Shown: piece after piece, positions 1 to 9,550 of the stretch
Position numbering within the stretch: position 1 is the first letter of the stretch
How the letters are laid out: each line of letters begins with the position of its first letter
From: Acidimicrobiia bacterium
GTDB taxonomy: Bacteria > Actinomycetota > Acidimicrobiia > Spongiisociales > ZC4RG35
Assembly: GCA_035462175.1 (NCBI GenBank)
Contig: DATHUP010000025.1
Location: 12,447 to 76,446 of the forward strand
Reading direction: 5' to 3'
Length of the DNA: 64,000 nt
Notes under the pieces: generated by a model
The model's input: the letters and a program-made list of their open reading frames with translations, nothing else
What the model was told of the DNA's origin: nothing
Databases searched by the model: none
Position numbers and translations under genes: made by a program

Positions 1-1835
1 TGGGCGCGGTGAGCGACATCGACCTGACCCAGCTGTACGACGAGGACAAGTCGCTCGCCGAGGGCGCCATCACCGTGCCCGGCTACAAGGCGGGGGGATG
101 GTCGGTTCGCTACTTCACCGAGTCGGGCTTCCTCGACCCGGACAAGCCGATCCGCAAGTACACCAAGAAGGAGCTCGACGACTTCCTCTACAAGGAGCCG
201 GTGAAGGTCAAGATCAACGACCTCAACCTGACCTACGAGGGCTTGGTCCCGCAGATCCAGAAATCCTTCCTCTCCAAGGACGTCGACGCGCTTCAGCCGC
301 ACCTCCGAGAGTTCGTGGATAGGGCGGTGGCGTTCAGCCCTTGTCCCGACTGCGGCGGCACGCGGCTCAACGAGGCGGCTCGGTCGTCGAAGATCGCGGG
401 CAAGAGCATCGCTGACGTCTGTGCGATGCAGATCAGCGACCTGACCGAATGGATTCGTGAGCTCGACGAGCCGTCGGCCAAGCCATTGCTCGGTGCGCTG
501 CAGGAGACGCTCGACTCGTTCGTCGATATCGGCCTTGGTTACCTCTCCTTGGATCGGCCGTCAGGCACGTTGTCGGGCGGTGAGGCACAACGCACCAAGA
601 TGATTCGCCATCTCGGCTCTCCGCTGACCGACGTCACCTACGTCTTCGACGAGCCCACGATCGGCCTGCACCCGCATGACGTGCAACGCATGAATGACTT
701 GCTGTTGCAGCTGCGCGACAAGGGCAACACGGTGCTCGTGGTGGAGCACGAGCCGGAGATCATCGCGATCGCCGACCACATCGTCGACCTGGGCCCCCGT
801 GCCGGGTCGGCCGGTGGCGAGGTGGTGTTCGAAGGCACCGTCGATGAGTTGCGGGGCAGTGACACGCTGACCGGCAAGCACCTCGACGACCGATCATCTG
901 TCAAGTCCGAGTTCCGAACCTCGACCGAGAGCCTCGAAATTCGAAATGCAAATCAGCACAACCTGCAAGACGTGGATGTGGACATCCCACTCGGGGTGCT
1001 TGTCGTCATCACCGGCGTCGCCGGGTCGGGCAAGAGCTCACTGATCCAAGGTTCGATACCGGACGAAGCGGGTGTCGTCTTGGTGGATCAGACCGAGATT
1101 CGCGGGTCGCGGCGCAGCAACCCGGCGACGTACACCGGGATGCTCGACTCGATCCGAAAGGCGTTCGCCAAGGCCAACGATGTGAAGCCGGGGCTGTTTA
1201 GCCCCAACTCCGACGGTGCCTGCCCCAACTGCAACGGCGCCGGTGTCATCTACACCGAGCTGGGCTTCATGGACACCGTGGCCACCACATGCGAGGTGTG
1301 CGAGGGCAAGCGCTTCCAGGCCGAGGTCCTGGAGTACGAGCTCGGTGGCAAAAACATCAGTGAGGTTTTCGAGATGTCGGTCACCGAGGCCGAGGGGTTC
1401 TTCGCCGAGGGTGAGTCGAGGGTGCCGGCCGCCCACGCCATCCTGGAGCGGATGTCCGCGGTGGGACTCGGCTACCTGAGCATCGGTCAGCCTCTGACGA
1501 CCCTCTCCGGTGGCGAGCGTCAGCGGTTGAAGCTGGCGATCCAAATGGCCCAGAAAGGTGGCATCTACGTGCTCGACGAGCCGACGAGCGGGCTCCATCT
1601 CGCTGATGTCGAGCACCTGCTCGAACTGCTCGACCAGCTCGTGGACTCGGGCAAGTCGGTCATCGTGATCGAGCACCACCAGGCTGTGATGGCCCATGCC
1701 GACTGGATCATCGACCTCGGTCCCGGCGCCGGGCATGACGGTGGCCGGGTGGTCTTCGAGGGCACCCCGGCCGATCTGGTCGCCGATGGTTCCACCCTCA
1801 CCGGCCAGCATCTCGCCGAGTACGTGAGCACCTGA
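1..1835 (+). CDS. UvrA-family ABC ATPase paralogue (excinuclease ABC subunit A-like); 5' end lies outside the window
   Basis: ORF 9..1835 is open to the window edge. Motifs: LSGGEAQR and VFDEPTIGLH (NBD1 signature and Walker B), GVAGSGKSS (NBD2 Walker A), CPNCNGAG..CEVCEGKR zinc module, LSGGERQR, VLDEPTSGLH. The first Walker A is missing, so the N-terminus is upstream. Confidence 0.85.
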   Translation, partial: GAVSDIDLTQLYDEDKSLAEGAITVPGYKAGGWSVRYFTESGFLDPDKPIRKYTKKELDDFLYKEPVKVKINDLNLTYEGLVPQIQKSFLSKDVDALQPHLREFVDRAVAFSPCPDCGGTRLNEAARSSKIAGKSIADVCAMQISDLTEWIRELDEPSAKPLLGALQETLDSFVDIGLGYLSLDRPSGTLSGGEAQRTKMIRHLGSPLTDVTYVFDEPTIGLHPHDVQRMNDLLLQLRDKGNTVLVVEHEPEIIAIADHIVDLGPRAGSAGGEVVFEGTVDELRGSDTLTGKHLDDRSSVKSEFRTSTESLEIRNANQHNLQDVDVDIPLGVLVVITGVAGSGKSSLIQGSIPDEAGVVLVDQTEIRGSRRSNPATYTGMLDSIRKAFAKANDVKPGLFSPNSDGACPNCNGAGVIYTELGFMDTVATTCEVCEGKRFQAEVLEYELGGKNISEVFEMSVTEAEGFFAEGESRVPAAHAILERMSAVGLGYLSIGQPLTTLSGGERQRLKLAIQMAQKGGIYVLDEPTSGLHLADVEHLLELLDQLVDSGKSVIVIEHHQAVMAHADWIIDLGPGAGHDGGRVVFEGTPADLVADGSTLTGQHLAEYVST

Positions 1836-1850
1836 CCGGGCAGGGGGAGT

Positions 1851-2321
1851 GTGTCGACCACAAGATCGCCTCGCACTATCAGCTGGGGTGATTTCGCCAG
1901 ACGTGAGCCGGAGCTGGCACGGTTCGGGGCAGACAGATTGACCGCGGCACCTGCATATATGGCGACGGTCCGTCGGTCGGGGGCGCCCCGCGTCCATCCG
2001 GTGACACCGATCTTCACAACCGTCGGGCTGTTCCTGTTCATGGAGCCGACCTCCCCCAAGGGGGGAGATCTTCGGGAGCGGGGATGGTTCGCCTTGCACA
2101 GCGGAGTCCCGGACAACGCAGGCTCCGGTGGCGAGTTCAATGCCAGTGGCCGTGGCTTCGCCATCGACGATCCGGACTTGTGGTCCCATGTGGCCGAGGC
2201 GGCGAGCTACACACCGGCCGACCGATACATCCTGTTCGAGATGCAACTGGGCGAGGCCCGCTGCCATGGGTACGGCGACGTGCCCTTGCCCTCCACCCGG
2301 AAATGGTCGCTCGACGGATAG
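1851..2321 (+). CDS. pyridoxamine 5'-phosphate oxidase-like (split-barrel flavin-binding) family protein
   Basis: 156-aa ORF starting 16 nt after the UvrA-like stop. The segment AYMATVRRSGAPRVHPVTP..GLFLFM resembles PPOX-family proteins. Family assignment is from recall only. Confidence 0.45.
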   Translation: MSTTRSPRTISWGDFARREPELARFGADRLTAAPAYMATVRRSGAPRVHPVTPIFTTVGLFLFMEPTSPKGGDLRERGWFALHSGVPDNAGSGGEFNASGRGFAIDDPDLWSHVAEAASYTPADRYILFEMQLGEARCHGYGDVPLPSTRKWSLDG

Positions 2322-2354
2322 GCGTGAGGAGGCTTACTGCCTCTCAGTTGGCGT

Positions 2355-3560
2355 TCATGGTCGAACCGCCTGGAGAATCCTGATGGGGCTGGCGATTCCC
2401 TTCAAGTCGAACTCGCCGACTTCGATCAGCCGGAACCCTTCTGTCAGCGTGTTCGCCGCCGCGGCCTCGCCGACGAAGACCTGACCCGGCCCGGCTCTCG
2501 AGGCAATCCGAGAAGCGATGTTGACGGTCCGACCGAAGTAGTCACCCTCTTCGTAGATCATCGGTCCTGCATTGACTCCGATGTGGGCCGGAGGTAGCCC
2601 GCGAGATGGGGCGCTCTCGACGATCTCCATTGATGCCCTGATCGCCTCGCCCGCGTCCCTGAAATGGAGGAGCACCCCGTCTCCGAGCAGCTTGACCACC
2701 TCGCCTCTATGCCGAGTCACGGCTTCGCTCACCAGCTCGGCAAGGTTGAGGGAGACACCCACTGCGACCTCATCTCCAGACTCTTCCGTCAACCGGGTGT
2801 ATCCGGAGAGGTCGGCGAACACCGCGGCCTCGGGTGCTCTTGTTGGTCGAGCCCGCACGCCGGCATCATCGAGAGCCGTCTCCACGTGGGCGAACTGATG
2901 CTCGGTCATGAAGACCTCGGAGTGACGGCGAAACAGCCACCCGAGCAGGTCTTCACCGGAGCGGCCGACCCGGAGGCCAACCTCACGGATGGACGCCTCG
3001 AACGCCTCGTTGTCACGAAGCCCCCGACTGCGGAACCGTTCCTCGACCGTCGTGTGGAAGTGATGGGGCACGTATTGGGCGATCCGGCGCACGCTGTCCC
3101 CCCACACCCGCGCCAGGCGGACCACGTCGTCGCCGGAAAGGTCGGCGCCGAAGAGGACGCCGAGCATCCTGAGGGCCTCCATGTCCTCCTCACGGACGCT
3201 CTCCTCCGGCCCGGGACGAGGCAATCCGAAGGCGAGGTAGATCCGTTCCATGGTTGGGAACGGGACCCCCAGCTCCGCGCTGACCTCGGTGAATTTGAGC
3301 TCAGATCGAGGATGCCTCCGGCCGGCGCTCTCGAGGTAGCCCAGAGTGAGGTGACCCGAGACGAGCGCCTTGGAAAGGGCTGCGGCTTTGATCCCGAGCG
3401 AGTCGAGCTGGCCCACCACCCGGACCCGCATGACGTCCTGACGCGAGAACAGGCCTTCCACGGGATGGAGGATCCCGAGGTCGACCAGCTCCCGAATGCG
3501 TTCGATGCTGGTTTCGCACGCCTCGGCGAGCTCTGCTCCGGTCAATCGGCCCGGCGCCAC
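2355..3560 (-). CDS. class III adenylate/guanylate cyclase with N-terminal MerR-like HTH repeats
   Basis: The C-terminal 170 aa carry cyclase hallmarks (FADLSGYTRLTE, LLGDGVLLHF, IGVNAGPMIYEEGDYFGRTVNIASRI). The N-terminus has HTH-like segments (ELAEACETSIERIRELVDLGIL). Confidence 0.8.
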   Translation of the reverse strand: MAPGRLTGAELAEACETSIERIRELVDLGILHPVEGLFSRQDVMRVRVVGQLDSLGIKAAALSKALVSGHLTLGYLESAGRRHPRSELKFTEVSAELGVPFPTMERIYLAFGLPRPGPEESVREEDMEALRMLGVLFGADLSGDDVVRLARVWGDSVRRIAQYVPHHFHTTVEERFRSRGLRDNEAFEASIREVGLRVGRSGEDLLGWLFRRHSEVFMTEHQFAHVETALDDAGVRARPTRAPEAAVFADLSGYTRLTEESGDEVAVGVSLNLAELVSEAVTRHRGEVVKLLGDGVLLHFRDAGEAIRASMEIVESAPSRGLPPAHIGVNAGPMIYEEGDYFGRTVNIASRIASRAGPGQVFVGEAAAANTLTEGFRLIEVGEFDLKGIASPIRILQAVRP

Positions 3561-3570
3561 TGCTCTCGGG

Positions 3571-3720
3571 TCACTCGAGATAGAACGCAGGATCGGCGAC
3601 GAAAGCGTCGTGGCAGGCCTGGGAGCAGAAGTAGTAAGCGGCTCCCTGATGGTCTACGGTCGCCACCGCGTCCTCGCTGTCGATCTTCATCCCACATACA
3701 GGATCGGTAACCATTGCCAT
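3571..3720 (-). CDS. small YHS/TRASH-domain metal-binding protein (49 aa); absent from the ORF track because it is under 60 aa
   Basis: Hand translation gives MAMVTDPVCGMKIDSEDAVATVDHQGAAYYFCSQACHDAFVADPAFYLE, with the DPVCGM..YYFCS..C pattern of YHS/TRASH. A GGAGGA Shine-Dalgarno sits 5 nt upstream. The stop is 10 nt before the cyclase start. Confidence 0.7.
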   Translation of the reverse strand: MAMVTDPVCGMKIDSEDAVATVDHQGAAYYFCSQACHDAFVADPAFYLE

Positions 3721-3865
3721 CACATCCTCCATCTCGTGAGTCGGCCACAATGACAGCCGAGTCCTACCCGGATACGCCGGTGGCGAACCCGACCCGACTC
3801 CTCTCGACGTCGTGTCGCAAACTAGCCCCAGTGCAGGATTCGGATCTCAATAGGGAGGTGTGTAG

Positions 3866-4531
3866 ATGAGAGACAAGAGAACCACCGCCCGCGCGTTTCA
3901 CGACGCAGGCGGCGTAGATGATTGGCGGGTCCTGTTTTGGGGCGCCTACGCCTACTACCGGGTTGGGTCCTTCGCGGAGGGGGCGAGATTCGTCACCGCG
4001 ATCGCCGAGGTCGCGGAGGCGATGGGACACGCTCCCGACGTCGACCTGCGTCCGGACGGAGTGACGGTCCGCACCTTCTCACGTGAGGACGGGGCCTTGA
4101 GCGAGCGCGACGTCGAGTTCGCCCGGAACACCTCGGCCGCGGCACGGGAGCTGGGGCTCGAGCCCGACCCGACCCAGGTGCAATGCGTAGGCATCGCGGT
4201 AGCACAGGACGCCGACATGGATGTTCGTCCGTTCTGGGCCGCTGCCTTCGGATACAAAGACCTCGGCGCCGAGGATGCCATCGACCTCCACCGACGCAAC
4301 CCGCACCTGTGGTTCCACGAACTCGAGCCGCCCAAGCCGGGTCGGGGCCGTGTTCACATCGACGTCAGTGTGCCCGCCGATCAAGCCGAGGCGCGGGTCG
4401 CCGCCGCAGTCGGTGCCGGCGGCCGTATCGCGGACGACTCGCACGCACCCGAGTGGTGGACGCTCGCCTCTCCGGACAACCACGGTGTCGACATCGCGGC
4501 ATGGCCCGACTTCGAGGACTACGAGAGTTGA
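3866..4531 (+). CDS. pterin-4a-carbinolamine dehydratase-like domain fused to a VOC/glyoxalase-like domain
   Basis: 221-aa ORF with a GGGAGG SD. The N-terminal half (WRVLFWGAYAYYRV..HAPDVDLRPDGVTVRTFS) is PCD-like. The C-terminal half (RVHIDVSVPADQAEARVAAAVGAGG) is glyoxalase-like. Confidence 0.55.
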   Translation: MRDKRTTARAFHDAGGVDDWRVLFWGAYAYYRVGSFAEGARFVTAIAEVAEAMGHAPDVDLRPDGVTVRTFSREDGALSERDVEFARNTSAAARELGLEPDPTQVQCVGIAVAQDADMDVRPFWAAAFGYKDLGAEDAIDLHRRNPHLWFHELEPPKPGRGRVHIDVSVPADQAEARVAAAVGAGGRIADDSHAPEWWTLASPDNHGVDIAAWPDFEDYES

Positions 4532-4827
4532 GCCGGCTGGTCGTCCTAACCAGGAATCTCATGGACCTGTCGCTCGTGCAGACGGCCGTTCCCGGTGCCA
4601 TCGCTGCCCACACCGTCGAGGACGAGGAACTCGCCGGCGCCGACCTCATCCTGCTCGACCTCGCTACAGGGCTCAGCCCCGAGGCCGTAGTCTCGATCGG
4701 GCCACCTGTGGTCGCCTACGGACCCCACGTCGACGCTCGGGCACTGGAAGCAGCCGTCGAGGCGGGCTGCCGGGAAGCACTGCCCCGATCACAGGTTTTC
4801 CGGCGTCTCCCGGGGCTGCTCGGCTGA
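4528..4827 (+). CDS. hypothetical protein (about 99 aa)
   Basis: A TTG start overlaps the upstream stop (TTGA). The reading frame is open inside track ORF 4183..4827 and the codon usage looks coding. No recognisable domain. Confidence 0.35.
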   Translation: MSRLVVLTRNLMDLSLVQTAVPGAIAAHTVEDEELAGADLILLDLATGLSPEAVVSIGPPVVAYGPHVDARALEAAVEAGCREALPRSQVFRRLPGLLG

Positions 4828-4908
4828 AGCGCCGAGCATGCCTCAGGCATGTCCCGGTCGGCCGATGCGCTCCTGGCCCACCTGGCAGGTAGGAGCTGAG
4901 GCGAGCGT

Positions 4909-5556
4909 TCAGCTGGCTGCTTCGTCGTCCCCGATGTCGACCATGTCGGGAGCGAACTGCGCCAGCGCCATCTGGGTGGCGGCGGCGATTTCCTCGGCGG
5001 TGGCGGTGCCGGACGCCTGCACCACAGCGCGCCACGCATCCACCGATTGCCTGGATAGCTGCTGGCCCTCCGGGGAGTTGGCTGCCGCCACCCGATCGTC
5101 GCTGATCTCGCCACGCAGGTACAAGTCGAGCGCCACGAATCCGCCGTCCCAGCCAGGTCCGACGTAAAGCGATCCCGCGCTGCTTTGGGCGATCTCGATG
5201 GGGACGGTGTGCTCGAGCTCGAGCCTGGTGCGCTCCTCGCCTTCGGGCGACAACCGCAGCTCGACCAGGCTGGTCGGCCCGCCGAAGCTCACCTCGAGCA
5301 GACGAGGTGGCTCGCAGCGCAGGATGTCGCCGGCGGCGTTGCCCTCGAGTTGGAAGGAGCCACCCACCCGCAGATCGCCACTGATGGGGAAGAACCAGCG
5401 CTTCATCCGATCCGGGTCGGTCAACGCCTCCCATACGTCCGCGACCCCGGCGTCATAGGTCCGGCGGATCAGGACGCTGACTTCCTCGCCGTGCGGCCCG
5501 TGGCGTCTGGTGACTTCGCGATCGATGGCGTTGATCTGGGTTGCGATGTCGATCAT
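4909..5556 (-). CDS. SRPBCC/AHSA1-family protein
   Basis: 215 aa. VWEALTDPDRMKRWFFPISGDLRVGGSF..LEH is typical of Aha1/START-like proteins encoded downstream of ArsR regulators. Its start overlaps the ArsR stop by 4 nt. Confidence 0.75.
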   Translation of the reverse strand: MIDIATQINAIDREVTRRHGPHGEEVSVLIRRTYDAGVADVWEALTDPDRMKRWFFPISGDLRVGGSFQLEGNAAGDILRCEPPRLLEVSFGGPTSLVELRLSPEGEERTRLELEHTVPIEIAQSSAGSLYVGPGWDGGFVALDLYLRGEISDDRVAAANSPEGQQLSRQSVDAWRAVVQASGTATAEEIAAATQMALAQFAPDMVDIGDDEAAS

Positions 5557-5918
5557 GTGTCTTCCTTCTCGTTGACTGGTGGTTTGCTGGTAGGTGCGGC
5601 GCTGTCGGCGCCGCTCAAACGGCGTTCTCGCTTGCCTCGTGCGAGCTCGGTGGCCAACGCGTCCAGAGAGTGGTCCCAGAAGTGGCGGAAGCGATCCAGC
5701 CAGGTCTCGACCTCGTGCAACGCCGCCGTTTCGATGGCGTACAGACGCCGAGTGCCGTCGGCGCGGACGGTCACGAAGCCGTTCTCTCGCAGCACGCGCA
5801 AATGTTGTGAGCCTCCCGGCTGGGAGATCCCGAACTCATCCTGGAGGACCGAGGTGAGGGCGCCGGACGTCTGCTCGCCGTCGGCCAGCAGCTCCAGTAT
5901 CCGGCGCCGTACCGGAAT
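5553..5918 (-). CDS. ArsR/SmtB-family HTH regulator with an anomalous 5' end (no canonical start codon before the HTH)
   Basis: The frame reads (stop)AVVIPVRRRILELLADGEQTSGALTSVLQDEFGISQPGGSQHLRVLRENGFV..., a clear ArsR wHTH. The first ATG/GTG/TTG is at 5801, inside the recognition helix. The only possible start is ATT at 5918. Confidence 0.55.
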   Translation of the reverse strand: MPVRRRILELLADGEQTSGALTSVLQDEFGISQPGGSQHLRVLRENGFVTVRADGTRRLYAIETAALHEVETWLDRFRHFWDHSLDALATELARGKRERRLSGADSAAPTSKPPVNEKEDT

Positions 5919-6938
5919 GACAACCGCTCAGCTCAACCTCACCCGGCTGCAGATCCTCGCCTTTCGACGACGGGTGGGAGCCCTGGACGAGCGGCTTCCC
6001 CCGGGTCGGCGTTCGCTGCGGCGCGCCGCGTGGGCGGGTCTGCAGGACAGCATGCCCCGAGCCGCCCTGCTCTCGATTCACGCCCGTGTCGAGAAGACCG
6101 AGCCGACTACTTGGGAGGACCCCTCGCTCGTTCAGATCTGGGGCCCGCGTTACAACGCCTACGTCGTGGCGGCCCGGGATCTCGCCGTCTTCACGCTCGG
6201 GAGGTTGCCCGACGATGCAGGCGACCGGCAGCTCGCCGAGGACCGCGCCGCACGTCTGGATGCCTTCCTCGGCGGGGCGAGGATGACCACGAGAGAGGTC
6301 GGGCGAGCGCTCGGTGTGCACCCGGGTAGCCACAGGTACGCCGCACCCACCGGGAGGGTGTTGATGCGGTGGGACGGGGCCGCACAGCCCGTCATCTGGA
6401 CCATCCCTCCACCCGAGGTCGATCCGGGGGATGCTCGCCTCGAGCTGGCACGTCGTTACCTGCACATATTCGGTCCGACCACGCCCGAATCGTTCGCCGA
6501 GTGGGCGGGGATCTCCCGCCCACAGGGCAGGGCGGCGTTCACCGCGCTGCGCAGGTCACTGACCCCGGTGCGGACACCGGTCGGGGAGGCGTGGATTCTC
6601 ACCCGTGACGAGCGCGAGTTCCGCGCCGCCCGGGGCCGGTTGCGCCCGCCCGGCTGATCCCGAGCGGGGACGCCTACTTCCTCCTCCAAGGCGATGATCG
6701 CCGGCTCCTCGTTCCCGACGAAGATCGTCGACGCGCCCTCTGGACGTCTCGGGTCTGGCCGGGCGCGATTCTCGTCGAGGGCCACATCGTCGGGACTTGG
6801 CGGCGCTCGCAGGACATTGTGACCATGCAGACCTGGCGCCGTCTCTCCCGCGCCGAGCACGATGCGGTCGAGCGGGAAGCGGCGTCGTTGCCGGTGCCCG
6901 GCGTCAAAGGCCAGATCCGGGTTCGCTGGGACGACTGA
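5917..6938 (+). pseudogene. AlkZ/YcaQ-like winged-helix DNA glycosylase homologue, apparently frameshifted
   Basis: ATG 5917 gives MTTAQLNLTRLQILAFRRRVGALDERLP..., ending at 6657. Family homology resumes in another frame: ARLIPSGDAYFLLQGDDRRLLVPDEDRRRALW..GAILVEGHIVGTWRR, ending at TGA 6936-6938. Confidence 0.6.
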
Positions 6939-7010
6939 TCCGCCCGGCTCTGGTCGTACGCTGTTCGCAATGACGCCGTTCATCTGCTCCGAGCCCGAGG
7001 GCGCATCGGT

Positions 7011-7958
7011 ATGAGGGCGGTCGTCTACGATCGGTATGGCCCTCCCGACGTGCTGAGGGTCGAGGATGTCCCGACGCCGTCTCCGGTTGCGAACCAGGTT
7101 CTCGTCGCGGTAGCCGCGACGTCGGTCAACCTCTCCGATTGGGAGTGTCTGCGCGGGAGCCCGATGTACGCGCGGATCGGGGGGCTGCGCGCCCCGGCGC
7201 ATCGGACGCTCGGCTCCGACATCGCCGGGCGGGTCGAAGCGGTCGGCCCGGGCGTGACTCGGTTCCGTCCCGGCGATGAGGTGTACGGCGAGATTCGCAT
7301 GGGTGGTTTCGCCGAATATGCGTTGGCACGCGAGTCGGCGTTGGCTCTCAAACCGGAGAAGCTGATGTTCGACGAGGCCGCCACGCTGCCTCAATCGGGT
7401 GCGATCGCACTGCAAGGAACCACAGGCATTGGCCCCGGTCAGCGGATCCTGATCAACGGTGCCGGCGGGGGCTCGGGGTCGTTCGCAATCCAGCTCGCCA
7501 AGCGCGCCGGGGCGCACGTCATCGGGGTCGACAATGCCGGAAAGCTCGAGTTCATGCGATCAGTCGGCGCTGACGAAGTCGTCGACTATCGAAGTCAGGA
7601 CTTCACCAAGGTCGAGCCGGTCGACCACGTGCTCGATTTCGTTGCCGACCGATCGGTGTTCGCCTACCGAAGGGCGCTGGCTCCGGGCGGTCGGTACCGC
7701 TGCGTCGGCGGGACCGCACGGGCGCTGCTGCGAGTGGTGACGATCGGGGCGGTCCTCGGCAGGCTCACAGGTCGCCGGCTCGGAGTCCTCGTCGTGAAGC
7801 CAGGCCCGGCGCACTTCGAGCCCCTCGCCGAGCTGTGTCTCTCCGGTGAAGTCCAGATCCACATCGGTCGAAGGTTCGGGCTCGACGAGGTGCCCCAGGC
7901 GCTGGCCCATGTCGGTGAAGGACGCGCCCTTGGCAAGGTGGTCGTCGAGATCGTCTGA
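7011..7958 (+). CDS. MDR-superfamily NAD(P)H:quinone oxidoreductase / zinc-type alcohol dehydrogenase-like protein
   Basis: 315 aa. MRAVVYDRYGPPDVLRVEDVP, NGAGGGSGSFAIQLAKRAGAHVIGV (Rossmann motif), and a C-terminal GRALGKVVVEI. Confidence 0.8.
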   Translation: MRAVVYDRYGPPDVLRVEDVPTPSPVANQVLVAVAATSVNLSDWECLRGSPMYARIGGLRAPAHRTLGSDIAGRVEAVGPGVTRFRPGDEVYGEIRMGGFAEYALARESALALKPEKLMFDEAATLPQSGAIALQGTTGIGPGQRILINGAGGGSGSFAIQLAKRAGAHVIGVDNAGKLEFMRSVGADEVVDYRSQDFTKVEPVDHVLDFVADRSVFAYRRALAPGGRYRCVGGTARALLRVVTIGAVLGRLTGRRLGVLVVKPGPAHFEPLAELCLSGEVQIHIGRRFGLDEVPQALAHVGEGRALGKVVVEIV

Positions 7959-7978
7959 TCAGGTGTGCCCGGCGGGCG

Positions 7979-8008
7979 TTGACAGGAAACCATTTAGTTT
8001 CCTATTGT
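7979..8008 (+). promoter_or_regulatory. promoter with embedded ArsR-type operator for the 8016 gene (probably leaderless)
   Basis: TTGACA (7979-7984), 18-nt spacer, TATTGT (8003-8008). The perfect inverted repeat AGGAAAC-cattta-GTTTCCT (7984-8003) fills the spacer. The GTG start at 8016 is 7 nt after the -10. Confidence 0.55.
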
Positions 8009-8015
8009 CCGCCTT

Positions 8016-8774
8016 GTGGAGACAGTGTTCAAGGCGCTAGCCCACCCGACCAGACGGGAATTACTCGACTCGCTGTTCGCACACGACGGCCAGACGCTGA
8101 CCTCGCTGACCGCCGGTCATGACATGACACGGATCGGGGTCGCCAAGCACCTCCAGCTCCTGGAGGATGCAGGTCTCGTGGTGACCCGGCGTCGCGGCCG
8201 GGAGAAGCTGCATTTCTTGAATCCGGTCCCCATCCGTCTCATCCACGACCGTTGGGTGAGCAAGTACACCGAGCCCTGGGCCGCTGGTCTGGTCGACCTC
8301 AAAGGAGAGTTGGAGGAAGCGATGGAGAAGGTCTTCGAGATATACATCCGCACCACCCCGGATCGGCTGTGGGCGGCGATCACCGACCCGGCGATCCGAG
8401 CCCGGTACCACTTCGGTGCGGGCGTCGACTCGACTTGGACCCCTGGCTCGAAATGGATGCTGGTACACCCCGGTGCCGATGGCGCGCTGGCCGAGGGTGA
8501 GAACCTGGTGGTGGATCCACCGCATCGACTCGTGCAGACCATGGACGTCTCCTGGAGTGAGGATGCAGTGCGGGAAGGGACCTCCCGGGTGACCTGGGAG
8601 ATCGAACCGATCGGTGACTCTTGTCGGCTGACGGTCATCCACGACCAGCTCAGGGACGACGCCCCCGCCGAGCTGTACGGAGGCTGGCCCATGATCCTGT
8701 CGGGACTGAAGACCTGGCTCGAGACCGGGGAGACCCTCACAACTCCGGGCTCGCTCATGTACGGCAACACCTGA
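8016..8774 (+). CDS. ArsR-family HTH fused to an SRPBCC/AHSA1 domain
   Basis: [48 protein letters not shown] is the wHTH. It is followed by [23 protein letters not shown] (START-like domain). Confidence 0.8.
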   Translation: METVFKALAHPTRRELLDSLFAHDGQTLTSLTAGHDMTRIGVAKHLQLLEDAGLVVTRRRGREKLHFLNPVPIRLIHDRWVSKYTEPWAAGLVDLKGELEEAMEKVFEIYIRTTPDRLWAAITDPAIRARYHFGAGVDSTWTPGSKWMLVHPGADGALAEGENLVVDPPHRLVQTMDVSWSEDAVREGTSRVTWEIEPIGDSCRLTVIHDQLRDDAPAELYGGWPMILSGLKTWLETGETLTTPGSLMYGNT

Positions 8775-8789
8775 ATTGGAGGAGAGATC

Positions 8790-9170
8790 ATGCCATCGAC
8801 CACCATCACCGATGTTCGGACCGTAGGGATCGGGGTCCGAGATCAGGACGCCGCGGTTGCCTTCTACGTCGGCACCCTCGGATTCGAAAAGCGTCTGGAC
8901 GCGCCGATCAGCCCGGAAATGCGTTGGATCGAAGTCGCACCCCACGGGGCAACAACGTCGGTAGCGCTCAACCCAACCGAGAGGCCGGCCGGGGTCACAA
9001 CCGACACCGGGATCCGTTATGTGGTCCCCGACGTCGCCGCCGAGCATGCGGCAATGCGCAGTCGAGGGGTCGATGTCGGGGACGTGATGCGTTGGGAGGG
9101 TGTCCCCCCGATGTACAGCTTCGACGACCCCGACGGGAACCGCTTCTACATCGTGGAGGAAATCCGATGA
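8790..9170 (+). CDS. VOC (glyoxalase/bleomycin-resistance/dioxygenase) family protein
   Basis: 126 aa. [23 protein letters not shown] and [12 protein letters not shown] are typical VOC motifs. Confidence 0.8.
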   Translation: MPSTTITDVRTVGIGVRDQDAAVAFYVGTLGFEKRLDAPISPEMRWIEVAPHGATTSVALNPTERPAGVTTDTGIRYVVPDVAAEHAAMRSRGVDVGDVMRWEGVPPMYSFDDPDGNRFYIVEEIR

Positions 9171-9466
9171 CTACGAGCCATCCGGTCTTCGAGAAGCTCG
9201 ACAAGACCTTCACCGCCATCCTGGAGAAGAGCTCTGCCCGGGGCGGATGGACCTACGTCGTCACCGACTGGACCGCGGAGTTCTTCGGCACACGGGGGCT
9301 GGTCAAGGTGTCCGGGACGGTCGACGGCTACCCCTTCCGTAGCTCCTTCATGCCTCTCGGTGACGGCACCCACAAACTCCCGGTCAAATCCGACCTCCGC
9401 GCCACTATCGACAAGAGCGAGGGAGACAGCGTCGCCATCCATCTCGCGGCACGGCACCGGAAATAG
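9167..9466 (+). CDS. DUF1905-family protein
   Basis: ATG 9167 overlaps the upstream TGA (ATGA). [46 protein letters not shown] matches the DUF1905 pattern. Confidence 0.7.
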   Translation: MTTSHPVFEKLDKTFTAILEKSSARGGWTYVVTDWTAEFFGTRGLVKVSGTVDGYPFRSSFMPLGDGTHKLPVKSDLRATIDKSEGDSVAIHLAARHRK

Positions 9467-9550
9467 CAGCGCCGGTCGTCGGAGTGGTGGTCGGCGGAAT
9501 GGTCTAGCCTCTCCGGCCGGAATCCGCCCCAACCTACGTGGAGGAAACCT

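Noticed and set aside
1038-2267. Long antisense or alternative-frame ORFs throughout the track, for example 1038..2267(-), 6456..7517(-), 8061..9047(-), 21695..22786(-), 22102..23835(+), 49720..51303(-), 54039..55055(-) and 58807..61173(-)
   Set aside because: They overlap genes with clear family motifs on the other strand or frame. They are Arg/Pro/Gly-rich, as expected for shadow ORFs in GC-rich DNA, and have no recognisable domains.
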